Positions 12,991 through 24,717 of a stretch of 64,000 nucleotides of DNA are shown here, in pieces. The notes under the pieces are model-generated. The model searched no databases. It saw nothing but the letters and a program-made list of their open reading frames with translations, and had not been told where the DNA came from. A program made the position numbers and the translations under genes. Every line of letters begins with the position of its first letter. The stretch's first letter is position 1. The stretch comes from Trichoplax adhaerens (Eukaryota; Animalia; Placozoa), in the NCBI RefSeq assembly GCF_000150275.1, contig NW_002060947.1:418695-482694 (forward strand). Direction: 5' to 3'.

Positions 12991-13342
12991 ACAGTCAGTA
13001 CAGTACTGTACACTGTACTGTACAGTACTGTATTGCGTCATAAAATCGGTCGACAAGGCAACTCAGTGTACAGTACACTGTACTGTAAATCTAAGCACAG
13101 TAAGAGTGCTAACTTGTGTAAAAATGATGTCGCGACCCCAAACGAACAGCGACATCGCCACCGCCTCAATAACCGGAGGTGTGTAAAAACGACCAGAATA
13201 GAACAGATGGACACTGGGCAGTATAGTTACCTGGAACTGGAAGTGATGAGCCTGCTAGGATTACGACATCTTTTTTACACGCATCTGCACCCTACAGTAC
13301 ACATGAAAAAATTGATACAGTACGTACTATACTGTACAGTAC
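12976..13342. repeat. TA(CAG|CTG)TA array patches in the POLRMT promoter region
   Basis: e.g. tacagtactgtacactgtactgtacagtactgta at ~12999-13032, plus patches at 13065-13087 and 13293-13342. Confidence 0.9.
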
Positions 13343-13389
13343 TTAGGTATCACCGCTGCACTAACTCGTTCATTCAAATCCAAACCAGC

Positions 13390-16300
13390 ATGGCTGCCGC
13401 CTGTGTCAACCGATTACTGCTCTATTCCAAGTCTTACAGGTCGAATAAGCTAATTAAGCAATGGTTTCAAAATTATAACAGTATAAGGCCAATGGCAGGT
13501 TTGTTCTACAATCATTTTTATCATTTCTGTTGCAATAGTAGCCTATTCAGTAGTACGATAAGATACAGCTTGTTCTCCTCGCAACAGCTTGGTTTGCAGC
13601 TAGATTGCAATAGATTTCAATTTGGTGTTAAACTAACGATAGTTGCATGGATCATCATTGACAGTGATAGCTGAAAATAAGACTGACAACCATCAGAAAT
13701 CATCAGCACCTCATGATATTCCACCCAGGCGTAGTCGATGTAGCAGATTAAGCTCTTATAATGAAGAATTCAGAGCAACATCGATCATTGATGCTAGCCT
13801 CTATACTGGCGATGTAAGTAGACTATCCACCATGGAAGAGCATACAAAACTAGTTGCTTTACAACATTGAGGACCAGACGTTTAATCTTACTAACTACTC
13901 AACTATACTGTAGTAGTATAGCTTGCCAATTGTTATATTCAATTTCGACAGCTGCATAAGCTTACTTTCCTGTATTAAGTATTTCACTTGTTAATACATT
14001 GCCATTCCTTGCAATAGAACAGTAAATGTGTCAGATAATTGTGTGAGTAAAATTATGATACAATGATGGTATAATATGAACCCTTAGGATCATTTTTTGC
14101 TGTTCTGACTAAAAATAGGCATCCTTTGCTGTACTCTAGCTGTAATAAATTTCATCGTGCACGTATGGTAGTTATACATAACTTATACAGCATAGAATGA
14201 CTATCAATCGATCAATAAAGCCGTTTTGTGTCTTCTAATATGGCTTGTCGTAGTGATTCATCGTTTTAGAACAGCACAGTAATACTGTAATACTACATGG
14301 CGTAAAGACCATTTTCCGCAGACTTTTACACACCAGCCCACTTTATGTGCATCATTTTCATCTTGTCAATTTATAGATCGAGCAGGCTTGGTCCTACTTT
14401 AATAAATTTCGACGGCTTGATCATACCTTCAAGATCGATGTCTACAATGATATCTTGCAAAGTCTAATCAAACAGGTAATTTATGTTAGTTGCATTGATT
14501 ACATCGCAAACCTCCCGTAGAGCACGAGTACAGTATTCGACTTACAAGGACTGGTGCAATTCGAATTAGAATAATTATAGCTTAACGCTGTACATATTTA
14601 TGATAATATTGTTAATGGAAACCCTGGTCTGGCCTAGAATACGAAACTAACCTCTTCTCTATTACGTTTTTGTACATTTAGAAAAATAGATCTAAAATTG
14701 AAGCTTTTATTCACTCTATGCAAACCGATGGTGTCCAGTATAATTATGATACTTTTGCAATTTTATTGTTAGACGCTTACATGTAAGACATAATACTTCA
14801 GAAAGCAACTAATGTCTTTATGTCTTTACAACAACCAATTGTTGAATGTGTATTTTATCATATTATAACTAACACAGTCAAGAACTTGAATACGAAAATG
14901 TCAAGAAAATTATCGATAGTATGACGGCGCAGGTAATACGTTAATTTAGTTTTAAAATTATTAGTGGATAGAATTAGACGGAAGACTGTCGATATTAGAT
15001 ACTTAAATACTACACCACACTATGTCACCATTTTTAGTTCATATTTCTAGTTTTAAAAGTATCTAAGCCGTTTGCTTACCTTCCGTTTGAATTAAATACT
15101 TAGCCTAGTATTTCTGATATAATGAATATACCCAGTCCTTCCGCTGTCGTTAATATCTGGAAAAAATACCAATTTTAGGGATTCGATTATAAACGTGTCA
15201 CCTATGAGTGCTACTTGCCTGCAGAGGATATTGACAAAATAGCTGAGGTAAGTTAATGGTGTTGATCCCTAGAGGAGACATGTTTACTGAGGCAAAGTAC
15301 AACACCTGTATCATACACCATTTTTTCGTAGATTGTTATTAAAATTCGTGTCTTTAAACGTCTTAATTTTGTATACAGTGGGAAAACACAGGTTAGCTAA
15401 CATTGATTTCACTCTAGGTATTGGAATTCTATGACTTATCACAACATATTAAATCAAAGAGCGTTTTGGAGGAGCATCCTAAATTGTGTGATTTTTCAAA
15501 TCCTTTAACTACTGCTGGCGATGTAAGCTAATGGATATGGCTACAAGCAAGCACGAGTTTTATGAGATGTAATTCTTGTCCATTAATTTCCCTCAGTAAT
15601 GCTAATGCTTTTTAAATTGTAATAGATTCCGAAGCATTCCGTGCTATTCGATTACAGCAATGACGATATCAAGACATTAGTAGATAAGCAATTGGAACGA
15701 GAAAAAATTGGCTATACAGAAATAAAATCTGTAACCAAAACAAGAGAATCGGATGAATGGGCATACGCTCAAGTGAGCAATATATTCATTGCTAGCTTAT
15801 TGATAACCGAATGGTATTTCTTGTATGCCTAACAAGATTTAGTGCAATAAATTCTCGTTCGTCGATAGAAGTAATCTTCAATACTATAGCATTAATTGGT
15901 AATACTGGAATTTAATGTTTCGTTATTCTTAATAGTTTAACAAATTAATGAATACCTGGAAGGCTGACTTAATTGCTGCTTTAGAAAATGAGCTACAACT
16001 AGTCAAAAGCGGGAACAAAGGTAAAACCAACTATGTTTCCAAATAATCAGATAAATATTTCTTATATATTGTGTAAACTAAATTGGTTGCTATGATCGAT
16101 CTCTTATATGCTCTAATATTACTATTCATACTTTTGTACTAGAAACTCATCGCAAGCGATATGGCCCGTTTTTAAATATCCTCTCCACATCCCAATGTGC
16201 TGATATTACACTTAATGTAAGTAAAACGGGAGATATGAAAGCAAGCCTGGCGCGATTTTACATACGTATGACAAGCAAATTCCTTTTATTTTGTATAAAT

Positions 16301-19300
16301 ATTTTAATAGGTGTCAATATTGTTTCAATTTTGCAGACTTTTCGAAACTGTATGAATTCTTCTTATGGTAATGCCTTAAATTTTCTGTGTAAAGAGATTG
16401 GAGGAAATATTCTGCGTCTGTATTTAATTAAAAGAAAAGAAGAGTATGGTGGCATCGATAAGGTAACTATTGTAGTTATATGATATGCCTAGATTATTAA
16501 GGTACTAACACAAATAATATCAGGTTAGAGATCTGTATCCAGCTTATGTCAAGAATATCTTCCAAGGAAAGAAGAACATACAACATAGCAGTCTTGATTA
16601 CTGGGAAAAACTAATTGAAGACAGTAATAGTGGCCCTTCTATGGTTAGATCTAAAACCCATATATTACTGGAATCGAACTAATAGAATTTAACGTTCCTT
16701 CGATCACTTTCGATATTCTTAGATAACAAGGCTACCAATATGGCCACAATCTGTTAAAGCATCGGTAAGTCACTTAAAATTGTTAAAATAACAATTTCAA
16801 TACCTACTTCATCCTTAAATATCTCGTCTTCAGCTTGGATCTGCGATAGTAGAAATATTTCTTCGAGTGGCCAAAGTTAACGTTAACCTCATGAAAGAAA
16901 AGGCAGAGTACGGTCTAATTTGTTATTAATAACCTATTTATGAAATGTAAGCCATTCATCTACAATCTGAATTGAGTTCTGTTTCCGATCTTATAGAGAG
17001 AAATTTATTCCTGCATTTTATCATGTGTATGTATTTCAAAAGCAGCGTCAAGTTGGATTTATCAAGGTAATCTTCTAGGTCGCGATAATACTACAATTGA
17101 AATGATCACTTACTTTTGAAGTAACTGTCGACTCTAATTTACTCTAGCCTCATCCCAACGTTATGAAACTAGTACAAAAATTGCAACAATTTGGGGCAAG
17201 TCTAATTTAGCAAACTACCATATTTATCTAGTGCTTCGATTTTAATACAAAAATATAACAATAGGGAAAATTCTTAATGGAAACTAGTATGCTTCCTATG
17301 CTAGTACCTAGTAGACCATGGTTATGTCACCATGATGGTGGCTATGTAGCTACGCCAGGTAAAGTGTTTATCGAAGGTTTGGTCTTTACATGTTGGAATA
17401 ATCATTTTTTTTCGAAAATTGATACCACATAGCGCCGATTATGCGTTATCGAGAAGATTGCTTCGATCAAGATGTTTTACTAGCCAAAAGTTCACGAAAA
17501 TTAAGATCTATTTATGATAGCATTAACTATCTTGGATCTTGCCCTTGGAAGGTTAACAAACGGGTAAGGCGCTTTATGCTAAGAAGAATATTACAGCTAT
17601 TTTTGGTGACAAAATTGTTCGTACTTCTTTATACTTAGGTTCTAGATAAATGTATCGAATGCTTCAATGAAACTGGTAGTGATATATTAGATATACCTGA
17701 CCCAAGGCTAATTCCAATGCCGCCATATCCTGTTGAGTGAGTAGAATCTACAATGAAGAATTATTTTGTCGATATCCGTTAGCTAATTCTTTGCACTATC
17801 TGAATGCTCAATGATTTATTCAGAATGATAACCATTGATCCATGAGGTAGCAATGTTATTTTGCAAATTTAATTTTACAATATTCATTGAAACTTACCAC
17901 TTTGCAAACTATTTTTTAATTGATGTAGTCCCGACATTGAGCCACAAGAGAAACGCAGAATAATTGAATTACGACGTCAAGTTGCAAAGAAACAAAGGGA
18001 ACATCATTCTCTTAGAATGGATGTTTTATATAAGTTATCTGTGGCTAAGCATGTGAGTGTTATAGCAGCTGTACATTTGCATAGATTGTTAATTCCCATA
18101 TGCCATTAATGCAGTTATACGAACATAGTTTGTGCTACGAATACTGACTTGTAGTTTAATTTTCACGTTCTAGTTTGAAAATGACATATTTTGGTTACCT
18201 CACAACATGGACTTTCGTGGTCGTGTCTACCCAATTCCACCACATTTAAGTCATGTCGGTAAGTTACTATTGCAGATTTAATAATCTTATTGCGCCAAGT
18301 GTAGATTGCATTCAAGCATCACAAATCTTTCACCTTACTTATAACATTCCGGGAAACAATAGGAAGTGATCTATCACGCAGCCTAATGTTATTTGCTATT
18401 GGGCGACCCCTGGGTACCGAAGGCTTCGATTGGATAAAAGTTCACTTAGCTAATGTTCATGGTCAAATGAGCAAGTTAGTAGTATATCTCCATTCATCAA
18501 CAATTAATTATTGTTAAAATTACATCCAAAAATGCGATAAAGTTTCATTACTTTTTAAAAACTTAGAGCATCTTTAACCGATCGTATTAACTTTACCGAG
18601 TCACTGAAAAATGAAATTTTAGATTCTGCCGATAATCCTTTCACGGTAAACAATTATTTGTTTTGCATGGAATGAATGCATTGTAACTGTCATCATCCGA
18701 TAACAGTAAGTAATAAAATTGCTACTGATAATGATTTTACCGCTAGGGTGATAAGTGGTGGCAAACTGGAGAACATCCTTGGCAAACATTGGCTACATGT
18801 ATGGAATTGGCAGATGTTTGGAGATGTGATAACCCAGAACAGTATATATCTTATTTCCCCGTTCATCAAGTAACCAAAAGTTTTACAATAGTTCTTTTGA
18901 ATTATACAGCAAATTTTCATGCTTATATTTAGCACGGTTAATGTTTCAGGACGGTACTTGCAATGGTCTTCAACATTACGCTGCGTTAGGAAGAGATACA
19001 TTAGGTGCCGAACAGGTAACATTTCCGTTATTATAAGATTTTTACTCGCCTTACCGGCTAATTGATCAAATCTTACTTATAGGTTAACTTGGTATCAAGA
19101 GGTATTCCTCAAGACATATATTCCGCTGTGGCAAGATTGGTCCGTTTCTATCGTTCTCGGAAATATGCCTTACTGAATTAATAATTAAGACGTTAATTGT
19201 GTAAATTTTATAGGTTGAAGAACACCGTGCAAAAGATGCAAAGAAAAATAATTTCAACGCTCTGTGGTTAGAAGGAAAAGTTTCTAGGAAGGTTGCCATA

Positions 19301-21112
19301 AGAAAATTAAAAATTTAAACATATCTATTGTAGAACTTAGTACAATACCGCTGTTAATATTTATCGCATAAGATTGATAGCTAATGTTTCATGTACTCAT
19401 TAGGTTGTGAAACAAACTGTAATGACTATTGTTTATGGGGTAACAAGAGTTGGCGGAAGGGAACAAATTGCGGTAAAGATAAGATATGCGCAATTAATTT
19501 TATTGATATTAAAAGAACGCCCATATCGCAACCTAATATTCTGTAATATTGTTATAGCGACAACTTGAAAGACTACAAGAATTAGAAAATGAGGAAAGAA
19601 TTTTCACTGCATCGCAATACCTTGTACGAATTGTTTTTGATCAGCTTAGCAAGATGTTTTATTCCGCTAGACGAATACAGGTAGAAAATATTCAAAGTAT
19701 GGGTACTAATTGTAATTACTTCTGAACTATCCGGATATATCACTGTGCTGTTTTGTGATATTTTATAAGGAATGGCTAAATGATAGTGCGCGCCAGATAG
19801 CGTCAGCAGGTAGCTTAGTAGAGTGGATAACGCCACTTGGACTACCAGTACTACAACCGTATAGAGTTCCTGTTTATAAAGAGGTACACTTTAATCGCGT
19901 AGATGTGTATACATATGTTGCATGTATATAAAAAATTCATTTAATAAGTGCGGAGTTAGCTCTAGAATAATTTCTTTTTTTTATAAAGTGACTTTCGAGT
20001 TCCTATAGCTACTACTTTGTGTTAAGTGCAATAAAATCTAAAATGCGCTTCAAGTTATTCGACCCAAGATACCAATAAATTTTAATTATGATATTACTAT
20101 ACTATGACTATACAGTACCTGTAAATATATCGTGATCAATTGACAAAATCTACTTTGTTAATTATTCCGCTGTATTAATATCAACTGTTTTATGTTGTAG
20201 CAACGGACTAGATTGCAAAGGATAAATCTTATATCGACAACAGACAATACTAGGTATAATTACATATATATTGATTTGTTCAGTTACTTGTACGGTTATT
20301 TCCTAAGTCGATTCAAAAATTACATGATTAATTGATTGATATTGATCAGCATATTTTCGATAATTTCAGTAAACCTCACGTTTCTAAGCAAAAGATGGCA
20401 TTTCCACCCAATTATATACATTCTTTAGATTCAACGCATATGATGCTAACAAGCCTAGAGTGCCAAGCGTAAATAGTCTCGCTTCTTTTGACTTAGTGGA
20501 TTGTTGAATTATTGTCGGTAAATGAAGTAAATGTACTTTTTAATGAATTTTACAGATCTGATACTACTTTTGTTGCCGTTCATGATAGCTTTTGGACTCA
20601 CGCTGCAACTGTAAATGAGCTAAATAGGGTTCGTTGAGACTAATCTTCATATTTATGTCTGTGTGGAATGCATAACAAATTCTTATAATACTATATATAG
20701 ATTTGTCGTAAGCAGTTCATCAAACTTCACCAGGAGCCTCTGTTAGAAGACTTGGAGAAATTTTTGTGCGCCAAGTTCGATGGACAACTGTAAGGTTTTA
20801 CAGAAAACTTTGATTAATTAAATTCTATACCACGACTAAACATTAGCTTATTCATTGACTTACATTATAGAACTAAGAATAAAAGCCGCGTAAAATTTGG
20901 CAGAATGCCAGAAAAAGGTGAGATTGTAATTACGATTCTAAACGTAAAATATTTACGTTTAGAGGGAATCCTGTTGATAACAAAAACGTTATTTTAATGC
21001 AAGTAGAAGAATGGTTGAGTAGATCAATGTTATAATGCGGTCTTCATTTCTAATAATGATAGGATCGTTCGATTTGAATGAAATTAACAACTCAAGATAT
21101 TTCTTTAGCTAA
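13390..21112 (+). CDS. POLRMT: Mitochondrial single-subunit (T7-like) RNA polymerase, roughly 35 exons
   Basis: Basic presequence-like exon 1 ([20 protein letters not shown]). Spliced motifs: [72 protein letters not shown] (motif A), [25 protein letters not shown] (motif B), [41 protein letters not shown] (motif C), C-terminal YFFS* (stop 21110-21112). A few N-terminal exon borders are uncertain. Confidence 0.95.
17196..17264 (+). other. GC-AG intron in POLRMT
   Basis: Exon [16 protein letters not shown] ends GGG|GCAAGT; next exon AG|GGA AAA TTC ([13 protein letters not shown]) is phase 0. Read-through hits TAG and the nearby GT is out of frame. Confidence 0.75.
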
Positions 21113-23581
21113 AAATTCTTATCGAATTCATCATAACCTTATTTGAAGGATGAGATATAATCACGGCCAAATTTTAGATGACAATTTACTGCCTTTAATG
21201 ATTAAATTAGAATCCAATTATATTCGATTATTGGCAATGAGTGCAACCGACGTTGAAACCAATTTAATATTACAAACGAAGCTCGCTGTTTTATGCATTT
21301 CATATTTTCGCATTGAATGACAATTGACGTAGAAGCTCAAGGCTGTTGTATTTACAGCAATCTTGTGATATATGATTTAAATCATCAAGTATTATAATGT
21401 GCCATTTATATCATAATGAGAGCAATTGTAGATTTATTGCCGTGATATTTTAGACTAGATATTGTCGAACACCCTAAAGCTTACATAATTAATTTAATAT
21501 TCAAATTGCTAGTTATTATATGGATTATTTTAAATTTATTTATTTTTTATATTTTTTAGTAGTTTCTGATATATCATTCATTGATGGTAAAATTATAAAT
21601 TTAACATCACGTGGAAAGTGCAGTGTAATAACAAGTATATGAAAGGGTCGTAACAGCTCATTAAACTGCTATAAGTTAATGCAAAGATACCTATCCAAGT
21701 AATATATATATAGTATATATATATATTAATTTAAATTATTATACTATATCATATTAATACAATTATTTTGCAAATCGATTTTCAGATAGGTGCACCTAAA
21801 ATGTTTTTGTTTCTAAATTTAAAAATACTTTATCATTAGCTGTTTATCATATCAATATTTTGTACTAGACCTACTACGAAACTTGAGATCCGTATATGTA
21901 TATTAATAGAAGTGCTATCCTAAGATTGTATTTCCTGGTAATTATAGCTAGCAAAAGTATTAAATACAATCGTTGTTTTAGTAAACGGTGAATGCAGAGC
22001 GTATTTACGTAGTTTCAACGCGGCCAGTAATTTAAATTCTCATCATTGTAATCTAGTTTATTCGCGATTTATTTTAACTGCGAGTAATGATTTGTATAGC
22101 AATGCTCAAATGCTTATAGAATAAAATATTATGTTTTAAGACTTGTAAAGTGAATTGAAATTTTAGTTGACTATTCGTCTACTTGGAGCGCATAAATCTG
22201 TTCGTGTTCTATTCAAACCCATTCTGGAATCATTTAACTTCAAATCCAGTATATAAATGCCTATTATTGCTAATTATAATATGTAAATACTGTAGAAGCG
22301 TCTACTAACTTCTCCATCAGTTTTAGATATATCAAAAATCCGTTATAAACAGAATTATTTTCCCTGCATTCCAGTTTAAGTGACCATGCAGTAGTTACAA
22401 CCTAAAAATTAATGACCAATCATCTCGTAATGCTATGTATGTAGATTACGTTTTAATGAACTAACTTGACTCTATAGGTATACTGTATTTCATGATTTAT
22501 TAAGCATGACATTGTAATAAAGTGCAATCTTACTAAACGAAATTAATAAACTCTAATATTACACAATGATGATTTCTTTATTCAAGGGGTGATAACAACA
22601 GACGTTTTATTACTCGATTTCAGTTTATATCTTTCACATTTTAGGTCTATTAACAATTTACACCTAACGTGCATGTATATTAATCTACACTTTACATTGT
22701 ATTCAAATATTTAATGTACGAAATAATCCATGGCGGCGTTACTGATAGCTTCCGACAATACTGTAACTTTCGTACGATAAGAGCTATTTGTAAAAAAATG
22801 AATGTTCCACAGTATACTGATATATAGATCAAATTTTTCGAGGACATATAGAAAACTGTTAAACTTCGCGTACGATCCTTCATGCCGAATTACGATTGCT
22901 TTTAATTTCTATTCGTAGCCAATATAACGCTTTCAAAGAAATGGCAAATTTATGTAATAAAACCTGTTTGAACAGAATTCTTAGGGCCTACAGTTACGAT
23001 TATCAAAGTAGTAATAATATTATATTTATGCAAATGTTATTATCTATTACCTAGAGCACTGCAATAAGTTCAATGCCTAACATAGGTGTTAAATAGCCAT
23101 TTTTTATCACTAGCGTCAATAGTAACTTAGCAATGTTCCGAGCATTTGCAACCTAGCCATGTATTTTCATAAGCTGAAGTTTACAGCATACGGACGGATA
23201 TCTAAGTTCACTTATATATCTTAATTTAATATTTGATAATCCGCTGAACACTACACTTAACATAGCAATTGATCTAAAATTTAATTTTTCGCTCTTTGAA
23301 ATGCTATACAACATTAAGGCTGATTTTATCCAGTTTTACTACAAAGATTTAATTCACGATAGTAGATCCATTATAAATCAGCTCGATCGTCTTAGAATAG
23401 ATGAACTGATTCTACACATGATGGTAGTAAATAGATTTTAGCTCCTTAAGGTCGTAAACTACGAAACTTAAAACTAAAGTTGTTAAAATAAAACAATTAG
23501 TAACACACAACTACTGTAATTATCTGAAATCACTACGACACTATTTTTCATCATATATCAACTTTTATCAGTTCACTACTC

Positions 23582-24717
23582 TCATCCAAATGTACTGAGT
23601 ACATCACTATTTAACTGCTCAACGATAGATTCCACGTCTTTCCTTAACTGTGGACTTGCATGTTGGCTTAGTACTATTTGAAGAGCATCGTACTCGGGAA
23701 TACCTCCATGCTGCTTGATGATAGGTAAAACTGTATCGAAAAGGCTATTTAAACCAATATCAGATTGATCCATGTATAACTCTTTTAGTGATCGACGAGG
23801 TATCAGCAACAACCGATGGATATTATCAATTGTATCTTGGCTAAGTTCATCGAATCGAGATATATCTCGAGCAATGTCTTGTTGATTTAGAAAAGCCTGA
23901 GAATAACGAATTTTGTTAGGAAATTCAACTTTATAGCATGGCAAGTTATAGTTTTGACAACACCTTTTAATAATACAATCTAGAGCATTTTTTTCGTATT
24001 CTTCGGCTGTAGGATTCGTGTTCTTGATATATTGATGCTTAAACTTCCATTGTAAAGCCATATGACTATCTGGCTTAGGAATACTATGACAAAATATAGC
24101 TATACCATTGTCAGACAAGATATCGTTGGCTAAGGAACGGAAAATTTGTTGAAAGCTATCTTCGGGTACACTCTCGTCAAATACGTAATACAAGCAATGG
24201 CATATAAACGCCATGGAAAATGTTTTTCTCTCTGCTTCGGCATGATCACTATTCCAAGCTAATAAATTAAGTAGGTTATCCTTGAATGAATTGCCTCTTT
24301 TAATGGAAAATGATTTTATTGGCATGGTTTGAGAGCTTATGGCTTGTAGAAAGGCTTTAACAGCTAATCCTGCATTATTTGTAATCTCGTTTAATTCTTT
24401 GGTAGCTGCAGTACTTTCATCGTTATTACAAGCTGCAAATTGATAGTCATTTTGGCCAGTAAACGTGGTATTAATATCCGTTGCTCTAATGTCAAAGCCT
24501 GATTTGAAATGGAGGCCACGAAAGTACCCAATCGTTCTTTCACCAGGCCCACAACCAATTTCAGCTAATTTAATCGTCTGATCACCTTTGAATAAAATTG
24601 ATTTTTCTTCGAATGCCTTGAGTAATAGCTCTATACCTTGCACGTTATTTCTGGAATATCACTACTACGTTCATAGGATAAAAGACTTAAGTCGTAATGG
24701 TAATTTTCAATATCCAT
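23582..24717 (-). pseudogene. Methyltransferase copy 3 with a 1-bp deletion near codon 29 (frameshift)
   Basis: ATG at 24717 aligns with the copy 4 start (MDIENYHYD). Span is 1136 nt vs 1137 nt. ...ACG TGC AAG GTA TAG gives a stop after 28 codons, where copy 4 reads ACG TGG AAG GTA ATG CAG. The ORF-track start at 24643 is a GTG in the shifted frame. The rest of the ORF is intact. Confidence 0.75.

Noticed and set aside
12955-13389. 5' part of the 239-aa ORF 12955-13674 and the overlapping 68-aa ORF
   Set aside because: Open only because TACAG arrays lack stops (Y/S/T/V/C/Q-rich translation). The credible start is ATG 13390, with a splice donor at 13499.
17824-17846. Possible extra POLRMT micro-exon (cag|...gag|gtag)
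   Set aside because: Contains an in-frame TGA; the flanking exons join in frame without it.
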